64,000 nucleotides of DNA from an uncultured Methylomirabilota bacterium (lineage in GTDB: Bacteria > Methylomirabilota > Methylomirabilia > Methylomirabilales > 2-02-FULL-66-22), in assembly GCA_963705305.1 (NCBI GenBank), contig OY970067.1, positions 1,952,001-2,016,000 of the forward strand. Direction: 5' to 3'. Positions within the stretch are counted from its first letter, which is position 1. Every line of letters starts with the position of its first letter. A program made the position numbers and the translations under genes. Shown here piece by piece: positions 39,439 to 48,406 of this stretch. The notes under the pieces are model-generated. The model had not been told where the DNA came from. It saw nothing but the letters and a program-made list of their open reading frames with translations, and did no database searches.

Positions 39439-40392
39439 ATGCATATTGTTTTCCCGGAGGGAAGCGGCTGTGTGCAGAAGCCGGAGGATCTCCTGCCCGT
39501 GAAGAAGTTGGGGACGGTCGACTACTACGACACGCCTCCCCAGAACAAGGCCGACCTCATCCGACGGCTCCGCGACGCGGAGGTCGTCTTCCTGGACTAC
39601 TCGGTCATGGACGCGGAGGTCATCGCGGCCTGCCCCAAGCTCAGGTTCATCTGCTTCTTCGGCATCGGCTACGGCAACTGCATCAACGTCGCGGCGGCCA
39701 CCCGGCACGGGGTGGCTGTCGCCTACACGCCGGGGTACGGCGCGACGGCCGTGGCGGAATACACGCTGGGACTCATGCTGGCCCTCACCCGGCACATCGC
39801 CGCATCCTACTACAGCCTCAGACACGGCGAGTGGCTGTCGGCTAAGTTCCAGGGAGTGGACCTCAAGGGAAAGACGCTCGGCATCGTCGGGCTGGGCCCC
39901 ATCGGCACCGACCTGGCGCGTCTCGGTGCGGGCATCGGCATGCGCCTCCTCGGCTGGACGCGGAGCGCCGCCCCGGATCGGGCCGTCCACGGGCTGACGC
40001 TGGTGTCCCTGGAGGCGCTCTTTTCCGCTGCGGACGTGGTGAGCATCCACCTGGCCTTGAATGCCCAGACGGAGCGGCTGGCCTCCCGGTCCCTGCTGGA
40101 ACGGATGAAGCCGACCGCCTACTTCGTCAACACGTCCCGGGCAAAGCTCGTGGACACCGGGGCGCTCGCCGAGCTGCTCCAGCAGGGGAAGATCGCCGGG
40201 GCGGCGCTGGACGTCCACGAGGAAGAGCCGGCACCCATGAATTACCTCTTTGCGGCCCTGCCCAACGTCCTGGTCACCCCGCACATCGCCTATAACTCCA
40301 AGGAGGCGGGGGAGAACATGCTGCGGATCGCCTATGCGACGCTCGAGGCGTTCTTGAGGGGAGAGAGGCTCCACGTGGTAAACTCCGTATGA
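39439..40392 (+). CDS. D-isomer-specific 2-hydroxyacid dehydrogenase
   Basis: GIVGLGPIG, VNTSRAK, ALDVHEEEP, TPHIAY. Confidence 0.92.
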   Translation: MHIVFPEGSGCVQKPEDLLPVKKLGTVDYYDTPPQNKADLIRRLRDAEVVFLDYSVMDAEVIAACPKLRFICFFGIGYGNCINVAAATRHGVAVAYTPGYGATAVAEYTLGLMLALTRHIAASYYSLRHGEWLSAKFQGVDLKGKTLGIVGLGPIGTDLARLGAGIGMRLLGWTRSAAPDRAVHGLTLVSLEALFSAADVVSIHLALNAQTERLASRSLLERMKPTAYFVNTSRAKLVDTGALAELLQQGKIAGAALDVHEEEPAPMNYLFAALPNVLVTPHIAYNSKEAGENMLRIAYATLEAFLRGERLHVVNSV

Positions 40393-40558
40393 TCTGGACG
40401 TGGGTCGCCGCCGCCGGCGCCCCATGCAGGGGGTACGCAGCGCAGCAGCGTCCGCCCCGCGCCGTCAGGCCCCCGTTCGCGCGGCGCCCAGAGCTGGAGG
40501 CACCTAGGCGACCGCGCACGAGCGATCCGGCGCCGGTCCCTCGACCAAGGAGAGGCCC

Positions 40559-41857
40559 ATGCGATCCGACCAGCTTTTCGAGTCAGCCCAGCGACACCTG
40601 ATCGGTGGAGGAGGCGCAGGCGGCCGGTACCATCCGCTGCTCAAGCGCCCCCTGTATCTCACCCGTGGGGAAGGCTCGCGCATCTGGGATGTGGACGGGA
40701 AAGCATACATCGACTTCTTCACGGGGAGCGGGGCGAACTTCCTCGGTCACGGTCATCCCGCCATCACCGCCGCGGTCCGGCAGGCCCTGGAGATCGGGGT
40801 CATCTGCAACGGCGAGACGGAGCACCAGTCGCGGCTGGCCGACCTGGTCGCCGAGGCGGTCCCCTGCGCCGAGAAGATCCGATTCGCCAACAGCGGCACC
40901 GAGGCCACCCTGGGGGCCATCCGCATCGCGCGCGCCTACACCGGAAGGCCGAAGATCCTGAAATTCGAGGGCCACTTCCACGGCATGCAGGATTTCCTCT
41001 GGTGGAACTGCGCGACGCCCCCAGGGGAGGTGCGTTCCGACGGGACCGTGGCGCCTCTGCCCGACACCCAGGGAATGCCTGCGGCCCTCGCGGACCTCGT
41101 CGTGGTCGTCCCCTTCAACGACCCCGCCGCGTTCGAACGGGCCGTCGCGGCTCATCACACCGAGCTGGCCGGCGTGATCATGGAGCCGATCGCCTACAAC
41201 CAGGGCTGCGTCCCGGCGGATCCTGCTTTCCTCCGGCTGGTGCGCCAGCGCTGCACGGATCTCGGGATCGTCCTCATCTTCGACGAGGTTCTCTCCGGTT
41301 TCCGCATGTGCCGGGGAGGAGCCCAGCAGCACTACGGGATCACCCCCGACCTCTGCACGCTGGCCAAGGCGCTGGGCGGCGGCGTGCCCATCGCGGCCGT
41401 GTGCGGAAAGCCCGAGGTGATGTCGGTCCTGAACCCGGTGGGCCGCACGGTCATGAGCGGCACTTACACCGGCCACCTCACCGCCGTGATGGGGGCCATC
41501 GCCTGCCAGCAGGAGCTGGCCAAGCCCGACTTCTACCCCCATATCTCCCGGCTGGCCGACCGGCTGTATGCCGGAATCCGCGAGGCCCTGCGGGCCGCGG
41601 GCGTTCCGGGGGTCGTCCAGGGGATCGGCGCCCGCTTTGGCATCTACCTGGGGATCACCGATCCGGTAACAGACTACCGGCAGGCAATCCGGGCCAACCG
41701 GGGCATGGAAACCAAATTCGTCCTGGGCTGCGTGACGCGAGGGTTGTACCTCCACGACTACGGTCACACCATGCACCACGGCTTCTCCTCGCAGCACAGC
41801 GAGGCGGATATCGACGAAGCCCTGAACATCATCGAGGACTCCCTGCGAGACCTGTAG
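40559..41857 (+). CDS. Class III PLP aminotransferase, GSA-aminomutase-like
   Basis: NSGTEAT, KFEGHFHG, FDEVLSGFR, AKALGGG, SGTY. Confidence 0.9.
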   Translation: MRSDQLFESAQRHLIGGGGAGGRYHPLLKRPLYLTRGEGSRIWDVDGKAYIDFFTGSGANFLGHGHPAITAAVRQALEIGVICNGETEHQSRLADLVAEAVPCAEKIRFANSGTEATLGAIRIARAYTGRPKILKFEGHFHGMQDFLWWNCATPPGEVRSDGTVAPLPDTQGMPAALADLVVVVPFNDPAAFERAVAAHHTELAGVIMEPIAYNQGCVPADPAFLRLVRQRCTDLGIVLIFDEVLSGFRMCRGGAQQHYGITPDLCTLAKALGGGVPIAAVCGKPEVMSVLNPVGRTVMSGTYTGHLTAVMGAIACQQELAKPDFYPHISRLADRLYAGIREALRAAGVPGVVQGIGARFGIYLGITDPVTDYRQAIRANRGMETKFVLGCVTRGLYLHDYGHTMHHGFSSQHSEADIDEALNIIEDSLRDL

Positions 41858-42043
41858 TTGATCGGCTTCCGGCGCCACCTTGTCGAGGGAGGGAGATCGT
41901 CCAGGCCCAAGCCGCTAATCCATGCCCCCGAGCGACCGGATTCGACGCTTCTTGCCCCCTGTCAACCATTATTTGCTCTCCTGCAGCCTGCTCACAAAAG
42001 CAGGCGATGGGGAACTTTATGATTTTATGGACGCTCCTCCTGG

Positions 42044-42116
42044 CCGTCCACGGATAATCCACAGGCGACCCACGGAAAAATCGAAGTTCTCCACATCGAA
42101 ACCAGCTCTATCCACA
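42044..42116 (+). promoter_or_regulatory. DnaA-box-like cluster, copy 1
   Basis: TAATCCACA 42055, TTCTCCACA 42087, CTATCCACA 42108. Confidence 0.55.
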
Positions 42117-42225
42117 AGTTGCCCCTTGTCCTGAAAGAGGAGATGATATACCATCGTGGTGCGCTTTCACCGGGTTCCTCGTTAGGATCACGGCTATTTT
42201 CTTCGGCTGCCAGCAGGCGGGATGG

Positions 42226-42300
42226 ATGCCGACGGATCCGAACTATTCGCCGGGATTCCTCTACAAGGGTGCCGTGCGGTTGTGCTCTCGCGGCACGGGC
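42226..42300 (+). pseudogene. Frameshifted copy of the small Cys-motif ORF at 43551
   Basis: MPTDPNYSPG vs MPTDPEYSPG; GGTGCC--GTGCGG vs TGTGCCTGGTGCGG destroys CAWC. Confidence 0.55.
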
Positions 42301-42486
42301 GACTGCCGGGGACGTGTGCGGAGATTCGCCGACGCTGCGGCGAACTCGGGTCGAGCGATCTGGGGCGAGGGACGGGACATGCGTGGGAACGATGGAGACG
42401 CCCTCGTGCGCGCTGAAGATCCGTCAAAACGGTAACGAAGTGGGCGTGACGCCGGGGTGCACCTCCGACATCAAAAGGGGAGATCG

Positions 42487-42954
42487 ATGACGACGGAGAG
42501 CGGGTTCGTTCTCGTGGCGAGAGGGGCGATCGTCGCGGTCGCGTTGGTCTGGGGGATGTTGCTGGTGCCATCCCCGGCCACGGCCGACGGGGCACTGGCG
42601 GTCGGCGTTCCCCCCGACGTTGGGAAGGACGGCTTCGCCTATGGCCGGAATATCAACTCACCCAGCGAGGAGACGGCGCGCCAGAAGGCGCTCGAACTCT
42701 GCAGCACCGCCAAGGAGTCGACCGACACGGCCCGCCGGCTGTGCACCGTGGTGATGAGCTTCCACCGTCAATGCGTCTCCGTCGCCATGGACCCCAAAGC
42801 CGGAACGCCCGGCGTCGGCTGGGCCGTCGCGCCCACCCGCGAGGCGGCAGAGCAGCAGGCCCTGAGCAACTGCATGGCCACGGCCGGTCCGGACCGGCGG
42901 CAGTTCTGCGTCAAGTCCGATTCGGCGTGCGACGAGGCGTCTCCAACCCCATGA
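42487..42954 (+). CDS. Secreted DUF4189-like protein
   Basis: Signal peptide (ATA-D); GALAVG, ARQKALELC, C.VV..F..QCVSVA, AEQQALSNC, SACD. Confidence 0.75.
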   Translation: MTTESGFVLVARGAIVAVALVWGMLLVPSPATADGALAVGVPPDVGKDGFAYGRNINSPSEETARQKALELCSTAKESTDTARRLCTVVMSFHRQCVSVAMDPKAGTPGVGWAVAPTREAAEQQALSNCMATAGPDRRQFCVKSDSACDEASPTP

Positions 42955-43366
42955 CCGCCAGGCCGCCCGCCAGCGGCGCCCTGCGCGTGCGATGGGGTGG
43001 GGGAAGCTGCGAGGCGCTTCCTGGCGGGCGGGGGAATTCGGACATCGAGAAGGCCCGCGAAGCGGAGTGCCCCCTTCGGCCAATCGGATAGATTTGTCGC
43101 TGTGAATGGGGACACTCGGGATCCAGATGAGATCCGCAATCCGTCGGTGTGGCCGGTGGCGACGGGACCCATGGCATACTGACAGACAACGACAGTGACG
43201 GGCGTGGCCCTGGCTCAACGTTCCAGGTCTCTTTCGCTCTTCTTGCGCCTCGAAGGCCAGTCTTGTTAGCGTCCACCTGCATGCCACACATGTGATTCCC
43301 TGCAGATGTCTTCCCAGGGGGCCCCCCGAACCGCCGCGGGCCGCCGCCGGGCGTGGGAGTCATCGG

Positions 43367-43439
43367 CCGTCCACGGATAATCCACAGGCGATTCACGAAA
43401 AAAATGAAGTTATCCACACAGAAACATCTCCCATCCACA
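43367..43439 (+). promoter_or_regulatory. DnaA-box-like cluster, copy 2
   Basis: TAATCCACA 43378, consensus TTATCCACA 43410, CCATCCACA 43431. Confidence 0.6.
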
Positions 43440-43550
43440 GGTTTCCCCCTTGTCCTAAACGGGGGAGCGACATAGCCTATTTACACGCGCTCGCCGCGAT
43501 TCACTCATACCATCCCCGTTCTTTGCAACAGCCGCAACGAGGCGGGACGG

Positions 43551-43769
43551 ATGCCGACAGATCCGGAATACTCGCCAGGATTGATCCAGACATGTGCCTG
43601 GTGCGGCTCGCGCGCGGACGGACCCGATGGGTTCGCCAGAAAGCCTGCCCGTTCGCTGCCGGTCAGTCACGGAATGTGTCCCGCTTGCCGCGAAGCGTTC
43701 CTCGCCACCTTGGCCGTCTGGCAGCTCTCCCTCCGCGTCGACGACCCCCTCGTTGACCACGAAGGCTGA
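43551..43769 (+). CDS. Small putative Zn-binding protein (CAWC...SHGMCPAC)
   Basis: 72 aa; paired CxxC motifs of the CAWC/SHGxCPxC type; GAGG upstream; paralogous start at 42226. Confidence 0.6.
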   Translation: MPTDPEYSPGLIQTCAWCGSRADGPDGFARKPARSLPVSHGMCPACREAFLATLAVWQLSLRVDDPLVDHEG

Positions 43770-43878
43770 GAAATCCTCTCCCGGGACGAATCCTTTTGGG
43801 CGGCCGCCCATTTCTGCCTCGTGGCAGTCCCCCTGCTTGCGGTGCCCCGCTCCTGCTTTCGCGGGGCGGACGGCTGAC

Positions 43879-43907
43879 TTGCGACACAGGCGTGTTTACG
43901 GTATGGT
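43879..43907 (+). promoter_or_regulatory. Putative sigma70 promoter
   Basis: TTGCGA-17-TATGGT upstream of 43989. Confidence 0.4.
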
Positions 43908-43988
43908 GAGGTCATTGGCTGCGACTCGGGAAAGTTTTGAAGCCGTGCAAGAGAAAGGCTCCGCGGCGACAGCGGTGAGGAGGACGCG

Positions 43989-44324
43989 ATGGGACTGCTC
44001 CAGCGATTGACCTCGCTCTTCTCATCCTCCGGGCCGGCAGCGACCGATGATGCCATCCACGTGTATGTGGAATGCGGTCGCTGCAAGGCCAAGGTGCACG
44101 TCCGGCTGGACAGACGCCACGATCTCAGCATGGGAGACGAAGGCGGCTACTACGCGCGGAAAGAGATCATGGACAGCACCTGCTTCCGCCTGATGGCCGC
44201 CGAGATCACCCTCGACTCCGGCTACCGCATCCAGCGCCAGGAGATTCAGGGCGGCCGCTTCATCTCCCGGGAGGAATTCGAGGCGGCGGCCGGTCCGCAT
44301 GCAGCCCCCCCGAACCCCTCCTAA
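43989..44324 (+). CDS. Hypothetical protein with CxxC
   Basis: GAGGAGG RBS; VYVECGRC..RKEIMDSTCF; GC3-biased codons. Confidence 0.75.
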   Translation: MGLLQRLTSLFSSSGPAATDDAIHVYVECGRCKAKVHVRLDRRHDLSMGDEGGYYARKEIMDSTCFRLMAAEITLDSGYRIQRQEIQGGRFISREEFEAAAGPHAAPPNPS

Positions 44325-44368
44325 CCCCATTGCAAAAATACCTCACCGCCAAGGCGCCCGCTCCCCCG

Positions 44369-45337
44369 TCATCTCCCCAGCGCTTCCGGGTTGAGCAGCG
44401 AGGCCGGGCGCTCTCCCTGGAGCGCCTGGGCGAGGATCTGCGCCGAGCGTCGTCGAAGCTCAGGTTCCGCCTGCTCGGAGAACCAGGCTGCGTGCGGCGT
44501 CAGGAGGACGCGAGGCAGCGTCCGGATCGGGTGATCCAGCGGGAGCGGCTCGACCTCCAGCACGTCCAGCGCGGCACCGGCAATGCAGCCCTCCTGGAGA
44601 GCCCGGACCAGATCGTCGGTCACCACCAGCCCCCCGCGCGAGGTGTTTACCAGGAGGGCCGTGGGCTTCATCTGGCGCAAGGTTTCCATGCGGATGATGC
44701 CCCGGGTTTCCGAGGACAGCGGGGAGTGGAGGGTGAGGATATCGGCGCTCCGGAACAGGACATCCAAGCTCACCGGCTCGACGCCGGCGGCGGCGAACGC
44801 CTCCTGCGACAGGTAGGGATCGTATCCACGCAGGGTGAGGCCGAATCCCTTCGCCCGCGCGGCCACCGCCCGCCCCATGCGCCCCAGGCCCAAGATTCCC
44901 AGCGTTCTCCCCGCGAGGCGGTACACCGGCTTCAAGGGCTGTCCCCAGCCCGCCCGGCGCACCTGGGCATCTAGCTCGCCGATCCGGCGCGACCAGCTCA
45001 GGATCAGGGCCAGGGTGTGGTCGGCCACTTCCTCGATGCAGTAGTCCGGAACATTGCATACCATGATCCGGTGCTCCGTGGCGGCGGAAAGATCTACGCA
45101 GTCGTAGCCCACGCCCGTCCGCACCACTGCCCGGCATCGCGACAGGTGGGGGAACGCTCGCCGCCCTACCGGACAGTACGTCACGAGGAGGCCGTCGGCG
45201 TCCCGGCAGGCCTCTGCCACCTCTTCCTCCGTTCGGCACTGCGCCACCTTGAGCTCCGCGCCGATCTTGGCAAGCTCCTCGCGCTCGATGCCGGCATCGC
45301 TGTGGACCAGATCCGTGTACATGACCAGGAGTCCCAT
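44369..45337 (-). CDS. CtBP-like D-2-hydroxyacid dehydrogenase
   Basis: RTGVGYD, VPDYCIEEVADH, GLGRMG, NTSRG, TPHAAW. Confidence 0.92.
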   Translation of the reverse strand: MGLLVMYTDLVHSDAGIEREELAKIGAELKVAQCRTEEEVAEACRDADGLLVTYCPVGRRAFPHLSRCRAVVRTGVGYDCVDLSAATEHRIMVCNVPDYCIEEVADHTLALILSWSRRIGELDAQVRRAGWGQPLKPVYRLAGRTLGILGLGRMGRAVAARAKGFGLTLRGYDPYLSQEAFAAAGVEPVSLDVLFRSADILTLHSPLSSETRGIIRMETLRQMKPTALLVNTSRGGLVVTDDLVRALQEGCIAGAALDVLEVEPLPLDHPIRTLPRVLLTPHAAWFSEQAEPELRRRSAQILAQALQGERPASLLNPEALGR

Positions 45338-45608
45338 GAGGCACCTCCACCAGCCGCGGTGTGGGAGCGGGCGAGCCTAACACCGCGCTCGCCCTCTCGA
45401 GTTATCGGAACGGGAGGGAAAGCGCGCCCGGTCCCATCCCGTGGGGATGAGCCGCCGCCCGCATCCCTCCAATTGCCGGCGAGAGTATCCTCGCTCCGAA
45501 CGCGTCATTGCAAGGCAAATTTGCGGCAAGCGGCGGCGACCCGGGGATTCCCCTTGTCAGCGGCGGGCTCTCCGAGGTAGAAAGACCCGTCCGCCGGCTC
45601 CGCAGTCC

Positions 45609-45640
45609 GGAGCATTCACGAAGAAGCTCGTGAATGCTCC
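45609..45640. repeat. Perfect 12-bp inverted repeat upstream of the methyltransferase
   Basis: GGAGCATTCACG-N8-CGTGAATGCTCC, followed by AATGACC heptamer repeats. Confidence 0.6.
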
Positions 45641-45731
45641 CGAGCGAATGACCAATGACCAATTTCGCAAATCCTCTCGGCGGGTGCCGATCGCATGAGC
45701 GTCCTCTCACATCACAGGAGGTGGGGCGGGC

Positions 45732-46647
45732 ATGGAATCGCGAGGCCAAGCGCTCCTCAAGCGGCTGCAGTCCGAGGTGCTGGTGTTGGACGGGGCCATG
45801 GGAACGATGCTCTTCGCAGCCGGCCTGGAGAGCGGGAGCTGCCCGGAGCTCTGGAATGACCAGCGGCCCGACGTGCTCCGCGATATTCATCGGGCGTACT
45901 TCGACGCGGGGAGCGATTCTCGTCGAGACCAACACCTTCGGCGGGAGCCGGCTGAAGCTCCAGGCCTTCGGGCTGGAGGAACGAGCGCAGGAGCTGAATG
46001 AAAAAGCGGCGCGGCTGGCCCGATCCGTCTGCCCTCCCGGCCGGTTCGTGGCCGGCTCCATCGGACCGACCGGTCATTTGCCGGATACCTTCGAGCCGCT
46101 GGGGGACACGCCGGCCGAGGCCTTTTACCGAAGCTTTCGCGAGCAGGCGCTGGCCCTGGCCGCGGGGGGAGTGGACCTCTTTGCCGTCGAGACCATGATG
46201 ATTCCGGACGAGGCCGTGATCGCCGTCCGGGCCATCAAAGAGGCCACCGATCTTCCGGTGCTGTGCAGTATGACGTTCCAGTGGGCTCGGGAGAAGAATG
46301 TGGACCGAACCATGTGGGGGACGGACCCCGCCTCGGCTGCCCGCCAGCTCCGCGAGGCGGGGGCCGATGTGGTGGGGTGCAACTGCGGCGACGGCGGACC
46401 GGGTCGCGTGCCGATCATCCTTCGTCAGATGCGCGAAGCCGCCCCCGGATTCCTGGTCGCCTATCCGAATGCGGGGATCCCGCGGGTTGTCGACGGCCAG
46501 ACGGTGTACGACCTCTCCCCGGAGGACATGGCCGCCGCCTACCCGGCCATCCTGGACGCCGGGGCCAGCATCGTGGGAGCGTGCTGTGGCAGCACCCCGC
46601 AACACATCCGGCGAATCGCCGAGGTGGTGCGGCGCCGGGGCAAGTAG
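45732..46647 (+). pseudogene. Homocysteine S-methyltransferase (MetH N-domain-like), one-base frameshift
   Basis: LDGAMGT..AYFDAGSD in one frame; LVETNTFG..GCNC..YPNAG..GACCG in the next; extra T at about 45917-45918. Confidence 0.85.
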
Positions 46648-46804
46648 CGGGGCGGACAGCCGGTCGTTCGACAAACGGGCCGCGGTGCCCTCACCCTTCC
46701 TCACCCTTGGTCATTGCCAATTGGCCATTCGATCCAGAAGAGAAGAGATGCTGCGGCGGCCTTCATCGACTATTCACGGTGACCTTGAACCGAAGGGAAT
46801 TTTC

Positions 46805-46890
46805 AACCGCCGTGACGCCAAGATGGCCCCTTTCAATTTCGATACTCGAACTTCGACAATCGGATTTTTCCTTGGCGCCTTGGCGGTGAG
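46805..46890. repeat. REP-like palindromic element
   Basis: AACCGCCGTGACGCCAAG...CTTGGCGCCTTGGCGGTGAG; 17-nt reverse-complement match to 44342-44358; both copies lie between convergent genes. Confidence 0.55.
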
Positions 46891-46907
46891 ATGCTTTCGG
46901 ATTGGGG

Positions 46908-47135
46908 TCAGGCAGGGGCGGGCTCGCTGCCGCCGATGGGGAAGTCCAGGATGACCCGACCGAGCTCGGGAATGGGGATTCGCCCCTTCATGCCGATGAT
47001 CTCGATGCCGAACAGGCGGCCGTGCTCATCCACATCGACCAGCAATCCTTCTTCCACCTTCCGCGTGCGACTGGCGCTTCCGTCCTGAAATTTGATGTAG
47101 AGGGCGTCGGCCTTGGGATCATAGCTGATTTTCAT
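46908..47135 (-). CDS. DUF2283 family protein (putative antitoxin)
   Basis: MKISYDPKADALYIKF..VDVDEHGRLFGIEI. Confidence 0.85.
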   Translation of the reverse strand: MKISYDPKADALYIKFQDGSASRTRKVEEGLLVDVDEHGRLFGIEIIGMKGRIPIPELGRVILDFPIGGSEPAPA

Positions 47136-47359
47136 GGAGATGGCTCCTGCCAGTAGGCCGTGATCACCTGGGTTTGCATCAGGTCCCGCAGGAAGACGAC
47201 CTCCAGGGTTCGCCGATCCATCTGCTTTCGGGCATGCCACCGTTTTTCGAAGCTGGGGCCGAGATGATCCGGGGCCTTCAGAACCGCCTGCACGTCCGCC
47301 TCCTCAATACCGCGGTCCAGCATGCGGCCTCGGGCATTCTTGGTGAACCTGACCTTCAT
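47132..47359 (-). CDS. DUF4258 family protein (putative RelE-fold toxin)
   Basis: RFTKNARGRMLDRGI..V..VL..PD..VITAY; 4-nt overlap with DUF2283. Confidence 0.8.
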   Translation of the reverse strand: MKVRFTKNARGRMLDRGIEEADVQAVLKAPDHLGPSFEKRWHARKQMDRRTLEVVFLRDLMQTQVITAYWQEPSP

Positions 47360-47489
47360 GCCTCCCCCCAGGGCGACCACGGCCACCTTCAGCCCCCCGT
47401 ATTCGGATGCAGTCTACCACGCCGGGGGGAGCAGGGGAAGAGCCCGGACACCTTTGCAGGCCCTGCTTGACGTGGTATAACTCTCTTGC

Positions 47490-48320
47490 CTACAGGGCCT
47501 TCAGAAAACGAGCCAGGGCGTCGAAGTAGGCGTCCCCCCCCACGACGTAGGTGTCGTTGTGGTGGGCACCCGGGATGAGGTAGAAGGTTTTGGGCTCGTT
47601 GGCAGCCGCGTAGAGGCGGCGGGCCTGCTCGAGGGGAACGACCTCATCTTGATCCCCGTGGACGACCAGGATCGGGGTCCGTATCCCGGGGAGCTTGCGC
47701 GCCGATTCGTACTTGGTCCGGAGGAAGAAGAGCGGCACGTAGGGGTAGACGACCCGGGCAATATCCTTCAGGGAGGTGAACGCCGTCTCGAGGATGATGC
47801 CGGCAGGCGAATGACGCTGGGCCATTTCGACGGCGACGGCGGCGCCCAGGGATCGGCCGAAGTAGACCACGCGGCTGCCTGCCAGGTCCGGGCATCCGCG
47901 CACCCAGGCCAATGCCCCCTCGGCATCGCGGTAGGTGGCCTGTTCCGAGAGGGCGAACAGACTCCCCCCGCTTCGGCCGTACCCGCGATAGTCGAAAATG
48001 AAGACGTTGACCCCCAGCAGGTGGTGAACGTAGCGGATGTTGTTGACCCGGTGGCTGATGTTGCCCGCGTTCCCATGGAACCAGACGAGCGTGGCCTCGG
48101 CTCCCGGAGCGGGGATCAGCCAGCCGTGCAGTCGCACGCCGTCGCTGGCCGGGAACCAGATGTCTTCGTAGGCAAGCCCTTCGCTCCGCGGGGTTGCCTC
48201 GAGTTTCCGCTCCGGAAAATAGAGCGCGAATTTTTCCACCCCCAGGATCATGGCAATTCCCAGGATGCCCGCCGCCATCAGGGGGTTGCGCCAGCGCATC
48301 GCGCGGACCGGGGAGTTCAT
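47490..48320 (-). CDS. Alpha/beta hydrolase (ABHD13/BEM46-like)
   Basis: FHGNAGN, DYRGYG, GRSLG, HGDQDEVVP, GAHHND; start uncertain. Confidence 0.9.
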   Translation of the reverse strand: MNSPVRAMRWRNPLMAAGILGIAMILGVEKFALYFPERKLEATPRSEGLAYEDIWFPASDGVRLHGWLIPAPGAEATLVWFHGNAGNISHRVNNIRYVHHLLGVNVFIFDYRGYGRSGGSLFALSEQATYRDAEGALAWVRGCPDLAGSRVVYFGRSLGAAVAVEMAQRHSPAGIILETAFTSLKDIARVVYPYVPLFFLRTKYESARKLPGIRTPILVVHGDQDEVVPLEQARRLYAAANEPKTFYLIPGAHHNDTYVVGGDAYFDALARFLKAL

Positions 48321-48406
48321 GCTCGTTCGGCACAGCATGCCAGAGCGGGCCGAGGACGGCAAGGGCTAAAGCGCCCCACGCAGATCGCATAGCATCAAAG
48401 GGGATC

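Noticed and set aside
40559..41857. hemL assignment
   Set aside because: Family motifs are present, but it lacks the usual GGVNSPVR-type start and sits in a catabolic context; no symbol given.
42040..43440. Firm oriC call
   Set aside because: No dnaA/dnaN/gidA nearby, no clear unwinding element and only one perfect box; reported only as a finding.
45540..45730. SAM/SAH/cobalamin riboswitch before the methyltransferase
   Set aside because: Hairpins are present but I could not match the conserved cores.
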